A model generated the notes under the pieces. That model ran no database searches. It saw nothing but the letters and a program-made list of their open reading frames with translations, and was not told the origin of the DNA. Positions 48,712 through 61,175 of a stretch of 64,000 nt of DNA are shown one piece after another; the first letter of the stretch is position 1; each line of letters opens with the position of its first letter. The position numbers were made by a program, and so were the translations under genes. Origin of the DNA: Bigelowiella natans CCMP2755 (lineage: Eukaryota > Protista > Cercozoa); assembly GCA_000320545.1 (NCBI GenBank), contig ADNK01002519.1:248001-312000 (forward strand). Direction: 5' to 3'.

Positions 48712-50101
48712 ATGCCCGAAGACGAGAAGACGCCTCTAGCGAATGCCAACAAGGAGAAGGAGGATCTGAAGGAACCGCTTCCCGCTGATTGGAAGAAGGA
48801 GAATCTCAATGTTGTTGTTGTCCATTCAAGACGCAGAATTTCAAAGAAAAGGAGGCTAGATTGACGAATTTATATGTTTCAGGACGCTGTGGTTTACAAC
48901 ATGAAAGTCTCGCCTCCATGCTGCAAAATTCGCGCCATTTTTCACCACTACGGGGTAGTCTATTGTTAAATTCATAACCCTACCCTGTGGTCACTACTCA
49001 TACTCCTCCTTCCCACCCAGATTAAGTTTACGGTTGTCGAGGGGGCAAAGAAGGACTCTGAATACAAAAAGGTCAAAATAGGTGTGAAGTAGTATCAAGA
49101 TGTGGGGAATGATTCTGGACATTTGACGATTCGAAAAGGTTCCTGTAGTGGTGATCAATGGTCGCCAAATCAACGACTCGCACATCATTGTCAAGGTAAT
49201 ATTATCCATAAAGGGGAGTCCAATCAAGACAGGATTACTTTCACTCTTCAATATCGTTTTGTTATCATCTAGAACCTCGCTTCCATCTTAGACGGGAAAC
49301 CTCTCAGTCAAGAAGAGCTGAAAGTTGAAGAGACCTTCACATTCGGTGCTATGATCGCATTGGAGGCAGAGGTCAGTTTGAGAAGCAGCCAATCGTCACA
49401 CGTCTTCAAATCCCCAATCTCAGTTAACGCACTACTCTCACATTCACGCTCTCCTTGCTTTAGACTGCAGCAAATTGCGGTGATCTATGCTCCTGCGCAA
49501 AGCTTATTGGAGGGTATGTGTCTACAGTTGCTTAAAGATAGTGATTCTTCGTCCTTACTCCAGCCTTGATCTTCAGTGTGAATTGCTGCCTGCTATCCTT
49601 CTTCTCATGCTGCATCTGCTGCTGCATCCCACAAGGCTTTTACAAGAGAAATCCAGGCTTGAAGGTGCGATCATCTTGGAAATTCAAAAATGATGGGCTT
49701 GGAGTGACTTTCTATTGTTTTTAATGCTCAGAGCGTTGCAGAGTATAGAGAAGAATTTGCCACGATGCTTGGTGATAAGCCATTCTTTCATGGGTCTAAG
49801 GTAGTAGTGTAGTAATAAGAATGGCAGCGAGATAAATTGTTAGCTTCCCAGAAATACCATCTGAAATGCGTGTCCCACTAGACGAGATATTACGAGTTAT
49901 TAGCGCCATAATTACTTCAATTTTAGATTATATAATGCTGTGTAGGCCGGGATCGTTGATGTGGGGCTATACGGAGGAATGCTACCTTTCCACGTAACGG
50001 ATACAAATGCAATGGCGGTTATGCTCAGCAATGACAAAATTTCAGCTTGGTGGAAGAGAATGGACGAAAGCAGCCCAGCGAAGAATAAGCTATTTTCATA
50101 A
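48712..50101 (+). CDS. Glutathione transferase/glutaredoxin-fold protein, prostaglandin E synthase 2-like, with Cys-rich insert
   Basis: Exons: VYNMKVSPPCCKIRAIF | KKDSEYKK | VPVVVINGRQINDSHII | LGDKPFFHGSK | AGIVDVGLYG...SAWWKRM. Stop TAA at 50099-50101. Confidence 0.8.
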
Positions 50102-51442
50102 TAACACTAGGACAGAATTGGACATCACGCACAAACTCGATTTTGTTCATTCGAGACTCTATGCGATAATAAACATGGAGAAATACGGTGCTGAGATGCA
50201 TATTTCTAGATTGATATGCAGTGCAATGTAGAAGCAAACTTTTCGTTGATGCTACATGTCATAGCGGCTATCTAGCTATGTTCCCATAAATATAAGCATG
50301 CTAGCATGCATGCTCCAATCATAAATCCATAAATATGAGCATAGACTGGCGTTTGTAGAATAACTACTTTTATACTTTGTCCTACTAGCATAGCAAGACC
50401 ACATGTCTGCAGCCATGCGTCAGCATATAGGACAACGGACAAATGGTCATTAATTTTCCTATATTCCCATACGTAAAAATGTGCTGTACTCGGCGCTACT
50501 AACGGCGTACGTGCGGCAAATGACATAATCTAGTAGTGGTGCGTTCGAGACTGACGTTCCGAGCAATTGAGCAAATATCCGCCATCCGCCACATGGCTTC
50601 TTACTGGTATCTCTTTGGCTATTCTCTGGTACACAATCGGGGCAAGCTAGGGTGTTCTCTTTGACTTCATACAGGCTATAGCTGTTGCTCTAGTGCTCCC
50701 TACTACCTTCGTATGTAGCGACATAGTAGTGTGTACGCCTCGTTGCCTCTTCGCAGCAGGCGTATTATTTGCATATCATATTTTCGCTACTACCAAATTG
50801 AATAGTTTCAAATCTTATTAAGCTCTATTTCAGATCAAAATTTGGGTTGTACATTTGTGCTAATTAGATATAACAATGCTACATTATAGGCAGGTGAATT
50901 CCAAGTGGTAGAATACACAAGTCTCGCGAATGAGACCTGTGCTGCTGCTGCTACTGCTGCTGCTGCTGCCGCTGTTGGTGGAAGTGATACGACGAAGATG
51001 CAATTCTCTATTATTCTTCTGAATTCACAAGGCTACCTAATGAAGACGATTTTCTCTGGTTGTCGATGTGGTAAGGATACTTCTCTGGCTCTAAGTACCA
51101 CGGTGCAACACTCATGTTGATTCCGTACTGGGCCTGATGTTATTCCAATGTTCATTTATACAAGTGCTGCAGATTGAGGATGATGGTGGTGATGATGACG
51201 ACAAGATGATGATGACGACAAGATGATGATGATCATGATGATGAAATTGAGGAGGATGGCAACTACAACGACGATGGGAAATGATAATTATTCCTCCCTA
51301 CTAAGAAAGAACAACCATTTTGGCCACGGTGTAGTAATGTTTTTCTACTAGACGTTCTCTGCTTTCTTCGATCTCCTTTTTAGTAAATCTTGGTACCAAA
51401 ACCTTTTGTATTTAACGTAATCTTTAGTGCACTTAATTTCCA

Positions 51443-53078
51443 TCATGTGGTAACGAATTCATATGGCTTTTTGCCCTCAAGAAGGCGTTGTTGCAGGACA
51501 AAAATCATCAGTATATCTTCCAAATGCACACATACCGCATTCTTTGGGATGACGAATTTCGGAGGCTGCGGTCTCACACCGAACATAGCGCCCATTTGGT
51601 TCCGCATGCCTTTGAGGGCTTGCAGCAGTTCATCAAGGTCGTCTAAGCTTCTTCCAGATCCTGTGAGGGAGGAGTGAGAGGGGAGAGGGGAGAGGGGCAG
51701 CATAATTGCATGAATTTGCATGTTACTAACTAGAAACATGGTGTGAGCCATCATAAGTCATCAATCCTTCTTCAAGAAAATGGAAAATAGGTATCATCAT
51801 CATCATCAACAACAACAACAACATGCTTCTACGTGCATGCCCCGTATGTACCCTTTGCAACACGTAATCTTCGTCGATACGAGCCTTCGCGGTTTCCTGC
51901 ATGTTGATGATATTGTCAATCATGATGATCTTTCTCGACAATGTAATCATCATCACAGAAAAAATAGATGGCAAAACGTGCAGTTTCCTTATTCTGCCTC
52001 GCTTATCAACGGCATGACTATAGGCTTGCAGAATAATATAAGTATATATATATATATATATATATATATTACGATCGAAGAGCTTGGGGTTTTTGCGCTC
52101 TCTCTTGGTCATTGAATCAATCATCGAGGTGAACCTTATTATACACAAATACATCAACTCAATAGGAGTGTTATCAACAAACATTCTTCGGATGTCTTCG
52201 CTTTCTGCTTCAAGCTTCTACACATGCAGGCACACACTGCAGATAATAATAATAACAACAATAATAATAATTATGATAATATATGCTGTCATGTTGTATA
52301 ACGATTCCCTCCACATACTTCTTTATCCTTTTCTCGCCCTCGGAGAGCTCTTTCTCTTGGATCTTCATTCCAGGGATCATACGAGTGATTTGACTCAAAG
52401 GACCCATCTTCTGGATGACCCCAAACTGCTGCTTAAAGTCCTGGACAACGACGACGAGAATTCATGCATCATAAGAGATGTGGACACGACGAAACAGAAA
52501 GTACGTTTCACATCATCATCATCATCATCAGCATCATCATCATCATCATCGTTGTCGTACTACTTACGTCAAAGTCAAAAGTGCCCTCCTTCATTTTCTC
52601 CTCAAATGTCTTTGCTTCTTTCTCGCTGGTAGATATAAGCCTCGTCAGTTACAGCGTTCGATTTAAACAAGAAAACACAGCTAACAATGGGTAACGTCCT
52701 TTACTACATACTGTATCATCATCATCATCATCAACAACAACAACAACAACGACAACAACAGCAACAGCACATTGTTTTCAGCATTATCATCATCATCGCT
52801 TTCATCATCATTATGTTCTTTTTCGCCGAAAGGAGAGAGATATTACTCAATCGCCTCCTCAGCTTTCTCGATGAGCGACAGCATGTCTCCCATTCCTAAT
52901 ATCCTGTTAGAAGAAGGAAGAACAACACATCATCATTAATCAGAGGGAGACCACAGTGATAACACTGCTGTTGGTGATACGGTTGCAGCGTATTCTAAAC
53001 AGGTGCTCCCACCTTTGCGCCATTCTGTCCGGATAGAAAGGGTCCAAATCGCCCATCTTTTCGCCGACGCCTATGATT

Positions 53079-53122
<44 letters not shown>

Positions 53123-53560
53123 CCATTCTCTCTGCAAGTGTCATGCCCTCAGTTATTTTGTTGTTATTCCAGCTCTCTTTCTCCTGTGTCTTCTTCTCTT
53201 TATCTCCTCATTCTTCGCTCTCTTCCTCTGTCGATGATGTCATGAACGTACCGACAAATTTAATGGGTTTGCCTGCAACCTCGTTGATGCTCAGAGCAGC
53301 GCCTCCCCGTGAGTCGCCATCCATCTATATTGTGAAATTAAGAATTCATCATATGTGTGTGTGTGTTTTTGTGTGCTATGTCTAAAAACTGGGCGGGAGA
53401 AGAGAAATGACCTTTGTTAGGATAGCACCCGTGAGGTCTACAGCCTCCGAAAAGGCCTTCACTACTTTGGCAGCTTCTTGCCCTATTGCGTATACACACA
53501 AGGCACTTATCAGCATACAAAGGTGACGGTGTTTATGCATGTGTACGCGTGTGTGGCACT

Positions 53561-53598
<38 letters not shown>

Positions 53599-53663
53599 AT
53601 TAATAGAACCTGTCATTGAGTCGACTACAAGCAATGTGTCTGTTGGCTCTACGGTCTGCAGTA

Positions 53664-53694
<31 letters not shown>

Positions 53695-55467
53695 TGATGA
53701 CGATGATAGTTAATGATGGATATCAGCAACACCTAGATGATGATCTATATCACTATAACTGCTGCTACTACTCACATCCTTGACTTCCTTGAGCTCTCCT
53801 ATCATCTCGTCATCAATCTGCAGCCGCCCTGCAGTATCCAAGATAACCACATCGTAGCTGTGGTAGGAAATTGAGCAACGCAACAACAGAATTCATTTAA
53901 GATAAACATACAGCCATCATCCTAGATGTGGAAGAGAAGAGATCGCGAAAACAACGATGATCTTTGCTAGTTGCAGGACAGTAATCATAGTCATTCGCTA
54001 TCATTTTGTTTCTTAAAACCACATGGGTAGTTTAAAATACAAAGCAGACGTTGTTCGATGTAATACCCATCTGTGCTAGCCTTCTCCACAGCCTGCAAGA
54101 AGCAATTCCAACATCCCAATTAAAAATATATAATAAAAGGAAAATGTGTTCATGGAGCGGCTGCATCTATCTCCCCCTTTCTACTTTCTGCAAAGAAGAG
54201 GGAGAAAACGAAAGAAACATATAGAATACTACACAGGAGAGGACAGAAGAATAACAACAAACATCCAACGCTCACATGCAGATAGGCAAAACAGATAGTT
54301 GTGGTCAGCAGCAATCATACGACAACAGCAATGTAGCAGCAACAATCACCACAACAATAATAGTAAGATCTCATAGTAGCACCTCCTGAGCAAGCTTCAC
54401 AGGGTTCCCATCGGGATTCTAATGTGGAAGGAAAGCAAAGGAAAAAACAAGAAGAAGCGAGAGAATAAGGAGGAGGAAATCCAATCAGCAGCAGCAGCGG
54501 CAGCAGCGTCACACCAACACGCATCGTAAGAGGGGCGAATGTAGTAGTAGTAGTAGTAGTAGTAGCAGCAGCAGTTGTATGCAGTCTCTTAATATGTTTG
54601 GACACGACAGTCATCTGCTGCTCGATATGCTGTGCGAAGAAGGCATCACCGTAGAACAATAAACAAACATAATGATAATAATAGTACTATAATAATTATT
54701 ATTATCATAAATTTAAGATGTGGAAATTATACCGGCGTAATGACATCGACGTCAACTCGCTTTGCCAGCGTCTGCAACTGCGCCATTGCAGCTGGCCGGT
54801 ATACGTCAAGAGAGGCAAGAAGCACCCTCTGATCTTGCTTCTTAAGTAATTGCGCCAACTTACCTGGTAAAGGATAATGATGACGACGATTGTGATGATG
54901 AGGAGGAGGGAGAGGAGGGAAGATGAGAAGATGGACGAGAATGGCATTAAGGGGGGGTGATAATATTACCAGTTTGAGTGGTCTTTCCGACACCTTGCAA
55001 GCCTGATTTTGTCAGTTGTTGTCAAGGAGAAGGAGTAAGAGGAGGAGGAGGAGGAGGAGTAGGAAGAAGAAGACATAAATCCATTACAAAATGATAATTA
55101 CGATGCACGAATGTACGGAGCGTAGCATCTATCCGGTGAGCAAGGGGCATCATAGAAGTAAAATAACGAAGATTATGTGTTACAATAGAGAATCTGATAA
55201 TTGACCTCCATCTTATCTACCCTCCCCCTCCCTTCCTCTCCTCCATGTAGCTGTCACTGTCGGCGGCGCGTTCAAGAATATTTACATATTCTAAGATACA
55301 TATCGATTATTGCTTCGATGGCGTCTCGCAGCATAAAACATGCTGCCAGTAATCCCGCTTGAAACCTCGTAGTCGAGATAGGTATATCTTATTCTTTTAT
55401 TACATGTTTTCTACCTGCCATCAGCACTATTCGAGGCCCAGATGTCGCTGTCGCCAATTCTGATGAG

Positions 55468-55503
<36 letters not shown>

Positions 55504-55565
55504 GATTCGATAGATACAGTCTCTTATCATCGGAATTGCTAAGAAATAGTCTTCTCTCTCTCTCC

Positions 55566-55608
<43 letters not shown>

Positions 55609-55811
55609 TTTCACGACGAACAAAGAGGAAGAGAGACAAAGAGAGGCAACATAGTACTACTACTACTACTACTACTACTACTACCTTGGCGAGTGCTTCC
55701 CATGAGATCTGTCAGCTCCTCGTACACAACCTATGATAGATTGTTGAAGAAGAAGAAAAAGAAGAAGAAGAAGAAGTAGTATTAATTGTGGGGGTTCATT
55801 CAGTTTGCGTT

Positions 55812-55845
<34 letters not shown>

Positions 55846-55909
55846 ATGGAATGAACAGCACACTTACCTCCTACGATACCCAAAAACAACATAAAATCCC
55901 TTTTGTTAT

Positions 55910-55951
<42 letters not shown>

Positions 55952-57095
55952 AACCTTGGTAAGCTGTTGGTCAGGAGAGAGTGCCTTGGAGACCTATAGG
56001 AGGCGAGGCAGTTGGACAATACTATCATATCTCAATCGTCGATTGTATTATACGTCAATAACGACCTTCACATCCATCGACAGGACTTTGCTCTCCACAT
56101 TGGAAACAAATCTAAGAATTTTGACAATTTTCGTCCGTAGTGAAGACGGATGATGATGGCAACTTTTCAAGAAATTTTGATTGAAAAAATGATTGCAGAT
56201 AGCAAGTAGTGGTTGCTATCGAGGCTTTCGTTCGTATCGATGCATGGTTGACACATGTCTCACCTCCGCACCACAGGCAAGCTTACGTCTGCTTCGAGCA
56301 ACGCCCGTCGTATCTGCTTCATCGGCTTTTTGATGTTTTCTAAATATCACCAAATAAATCATATCTTCGCAAAACTTCACTCCAAATGGTGAATGGAAGC
56401 AGCATAGGCGGGGATTTTATTTCATCATCACACAGTCACCTGCCGTCAGCTTCTCATTTTTGTTTAGTAGCGAAAAAGCGCCTGCAACAGCAATATCATA
56501 ATGCCCATTCGATAAAACATTGCTATATCAGTACACTGATCTTGTTACTTTAATTTCACAGAAACACAAATCGTTTAATTAGAAGACTGAGAGCTGATTA
56601 AGATTCACCTGATAATGACTCACTGAGATTGTCGAACATGCCTGTCAATTATTTGTATAAAGAAGGAGAGAGGAGCAATTAGACAACAAGCAGCTTGGCT
56701 TAGAGTCAAATTTGTGTTGCGTTGCGGGAATCCTACTACCAGTTCTCTTCTTCTTCTTCTTCTTCTTACTACTACTACTACTAGTAGTAGTAGTAGTAGT
56801 ACTACTACTACTACTACTACAAGTACTACTACTACACTGTTCCTCAATCATATACTTCAAGCAAGCTATCGAGGTTTAGTGAAATGCGACCTCTAACCCG
56901 GGTCGCGGACCGCCGTCTCCCAATCATTTTCCCCCATCGCTTGTTGATCTGGCCGAAATCATTCTTCCGTCGAGATAGAAACAATGGTGAGATACTCTTT
57001 TTTGCACATATCCGCCCATATTTGGTCGTAGAGAACCCTGCTACTGGTGCTAGTAGCAGAGTAGCTTGGAGGAGGGTGGTCAAGAAACTTTGCAT
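51443..57095 (-). CDS. ffh: Plastid signal recognition particle 54 kDa subunit (cpSRP54/Ffh) with bipartite targeting leader; many exons
   Basis: [92 protein letters not shown]. First exon has a hydrophobic signal peptide and an Arg/Ser-rich transit peptide. Confidence 0.92.
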
Positions 57096-57841
57096 CGACG
57101 AGCGAGCTCAGGTTAATTGAAGTGAATGCGAGCCACCAGATAATTTGCCTACCCTCCCTCCTGATGAACCAAAGTATGTCCTTCGGTTCTATATTCCTCC
57201 AATAGGTTGGTGGTCACAGCGACAGAACGGCGTGATCGCTTGAACAATGCAACCTCCTTTCGATGATCCCACTGGAAGCGACTGGCACAGAAGAAGGGGG
57301 GTACTTAAGCGTACTCTTGTGCTTGGAGACACCGCAATTTATTCTCATAATGTTACGATATCTTAGGGTTAAAAATGTGCCCAAAGGCGCTTTGCATCAG
57401 GATGAAACACGGGCAAACCTTTGTCAAGTGTGCAACATTGCTGTATTAGGCACAAAATGACTGGTACTTTGCGAGCAGATGACTCTCAATAACTGCATCG
57501 CTCTCTCTGGTTGTCGCAGCATGAAATCCCTCTAGTTTTTGGTAATTTCTCCCGGAAGTACTCGAGATTGTCTGGAGAGTTCGGAGGTGTCCGGAGATGT
57601 GACTCTGGACGGGATCGCTTCATACGTGACTCTTTGAACGGATGAAGTTCATCATCATTGTTCATTGTTCATTGATGAAGCTACAGAAGCGGAATGGATC
57701 TTCCGACGCGAAAAGGATGCCAGACAATGATGATAGAATGTCTAGTGGGAGGAGTTCGAAAGCACAGGTACTCATCCTACGAGGCTTGCGTTTAGAAGCA
57801 TGAGCTTTGATGTGCAGTTTTCAGCGTGCGGAAATCAGATA

Positions 57842-58860
57842 GACTCAGTTGGCGCAACCTGGAAAGCACAGATTCGCTGTTCATCCGGGAAAAGTCTGCA
57901 TCTCATCAAATTGACATTTTCCCTGAGACATCCTGTCAAAACTGCTGGAATCGCAGCGGTGTGGAAGGCGGCCAAAGAGAGACACTCGGATTTTGAAGGG
58001 TGCGTTCTCATTTCTGTTCTCCCAGAGGGAATTTTCGCGTGGAGGCAAAGCTAGCAAAGACTGCGTCAAAGATTTTGCCTGCCAATCCCATGTGAAACCC
58101 AATGGGAAAGTTGCAGAACATTGAAAAGTTGATGGTTTCCCCCAGCTAGCCAGCTGAAATCGGAGCTCGATCAGCACCTTTTTGTTCTTCCAGGTGCTCT
58201 GGAACTGGAGAAAAAGGAGACTCAATTCCATGATGCACGAGAAATTCTGAAATTCTGCGATGCAGGCAATGGCGCGATGATCTGGTGAAGATTTTTTTGC
58301 TGTGTCATTTTGACAAAGACCACTTTGATGAAAGACGTGTGCGTGAGACGAACGTGATGAAGTGATCAAATCTTTTCAATGGTCATCTTGATGTGGCTGC
58401 ATGCTGCTACTTTGCATCTGCTGATTTGCCTGCGATTTTTGTCACGTGTGTCATTCTGGCCATTCAGTTCAGCAGCAGATGGAGTGGCTAGCTAGGCACG
58501 TGGGCTTCACCATGCTTGCCAGCATGCATGTCACATCGCGCAATCGCAACTTTTGCTCTTGCTAGCTTGGCATCGATCTCAATCATCATTTTTGGCATCG
58601 ATCGCAGCCATTCGTTCTTGCCTCTGAAGTGGACAATCTGGCAGGTCCGCAGCTAGTAGGTGATGTTTTCGGTTGCGAATTTTGCGGCATTTCCCCTGCT
58701 GATTGCAGTTGGGAAAAAAGTTGGGGCATGCTCGATGGTCCGCTGCCTGGATGCCAAAGTGTTGCTGTGCGGCATCGGCCATTCTCGCATTGCCGTGGCA
58801 GTAGCTGCGCCATGCTAGCATGCTGGCGGCAGTGCAACACGATTGGCTATCAGATCGATG
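57842..58860. other. TpA-depleted, CATG/TGCA-rich intergenic island (possibly a decayed gene or repeat)
   Basis: Hand count gives 11 TA dinucleotides in ~1020 bp, 7 of them in CTAG and all in CTA or TAG context. Confidence 0.8.
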
Positions 58861-59328
58861 CAACAAAATCCATGCAATGAAAAAGGAAAGTAGCCCTCAT
58901 GTGAACATGTGGTCAACCCGGTTCTACTATGAAACCAATTTAATTCAGCGATTTATAGTGTGCATGCAACCTTAAGTAGTATGCACTGAAATACCTAACA
59001 AGGCAATAAAGGATGCCACAACTTGAAGTGAACATGCTTAGATGAGTGGATCTTATGGCTGACAGATTTGTAAGATCTAAATTATCGTTGTAATGACAGA
59101 ATGTAGTTGTACTAGGTGTAATATTTCCCCTCGATGCGCTCTCTATCAGAGCGCACTAATCATGAATTCGGGGGTGAGCTAGGATAGATGATCGTCACTT
59201 CTACTGTTCAGATGAACTTTGTGCTCGATCAATTGTTCGCATTTGTAGATGCTTAGAATTTCATAAAGTGTGTGATTAATAATAGGTAATATGAGGCTCT
59301 TGTTTAGTTTTCGGGAGCCATAGTAGTT

Positions 59329-59665
59329 TTAGAACACGTGGCTAGATGGCCTGGGAGGTAGAGTTCGGCCTTGGAAGTGTCGCTGGCAAGACCAGATAGT
59401 GACACCAACGGTTGCTATTGACGCTGTCATCAAAGTAGCCATGGCGGCTTTGTGCCATCCAATCTGTAAGTAAACAGCCGCAAAATTAGTAAACGCGAGG
59501 AGGTAGTTTCAAATGATACTGTCGCAGCATTCGCGATTTGACACGACGAGAACCACAAGTATTTCTATGCTCGCTCATTTCTCAAAATATCCTCGTGATT
59601 AGCGAAAGACTGCTAGATAAACATCGACGCAGAGAGGATGCAAGCTGTCATAGTGTTCATGTTGC

Positions 59666-59699
<34 letters not shown>

Positions 59700-61132
59700 A
59701 GACGCTTATTATTACGATGGGTGCAATCTTCGGAAGCCACATATCCTGAAGCACCGCATACACCAGTCGAGGCTCTATACCGTTAACATTCGTGTTTTCC
59801 ACACCGTACACCGTGTTGATTCCGAAAAATCCTTCGTTTAAGTAGTGGTCAGGGAAGGCAGGCATGTACTGCCCACAGAGCGAAGGCTTCCAAATATTGA
59901 GGTTAGGGCATTCTACATGAGCCTGAGAAGATAAGGAGGTGGGTTCAACGTTGGAGGATGGTTAGTACAGGCAACAGTAGACTAACACAACACCAATAAC
60001 ACACATGCGAGTACTCTCTTTTCGTGGATGTCTAGCTGAAAAAAGCACGGCCGCGCAGACTGGCAAGAGTGACAAGATTGATAGTTAATAACCTTGAAAT
60101 CGCAGGTCTTTGGGTCGAACTTCTTATGCGGATAATGGTATTTCCACCCTCCGTTCTTTTTCTGCGGTAATTATTTGATGAGATTACATCAACAACGATA
60201 TACCAATGATTTCTCTTCTGCCCCATGTTCATTCGTATTGCCAGACAAATATCATCTGATGTTTTTAGAACCCTAACCCATTTTCTTCTGAATTATTTTC
60301 GTTTTGAGCAATTCTCCTTCATCTATCTCCACGTGCATTAACCTTTTTCGTGTTGTCCGCACAAATATTTGTAGGGAATTTCGTGGTGGTTTTCCACGCC
60401 TCATCGATCCACGCCATGACATATCCGCCAAGTGCCTGAATGAAACCATTTATAACAAGCAGAGAAAGAAGAGAAAACAATTCAATACTAATGGTGTGTG
60501 TGTGTGCATATTGGATGCAGAAACTTTAACGTGGTCATGTCATAAAAGGCACGACATAATTATCGGCGTTTTCACAGCTTATTTTCCCGGCATGTATATG
60601 CTAAAAAAATGCGCTGTTTGGCCGCACGTTCGGGTCAACACAAAGACCCCCACTATCCGTAAATAACACAGCATGTTTTCAAGAATGTATTCCACTTCTA
60701 CTTACTCCTGCGCCTTCATGATAGGCTTGATACAGCCGTCCGGCCAGAGCAGCAACCTGAAGAGATACAAGGACAGAAACAGAGAAAGAAAAGAAGAGGG
60801 GTGGATGAGTACCACGTGATTTGTCGTCGCAATTTCCCACCACTCGTTTGTTTAGACTTTAATCGCAAGATCCTGCCTCAACCATCCTCCTCCTCCTCCT
60901 CCTCCTCCTCTCACTACCGTTGCAGGTGCTAAACAAAAAGATCATCTTACCCATATGGCGTGTGTTTTCTGGTCTTCGCCATATCCCTTCGTTTCGTTGC
61001 CGGGACTATTGTAGCATGGAGTTGGGCAGTGCTGAGAGTAGAGATAGAGATTATGGTTAAAACGACTGTTGGGGGGGGGGGGGGGGAGGGGGGGGGGGGG
61101 GGGGGGGGGGGAGGAGGAGGAGGACACTAGTT

Positions 61133-61175
<43 letters not shown>

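Noticed and set aside
60268-60281. Telomere-like AACCCTAACCC
   Set aside because: Fewer than two full units; chance occurrence.
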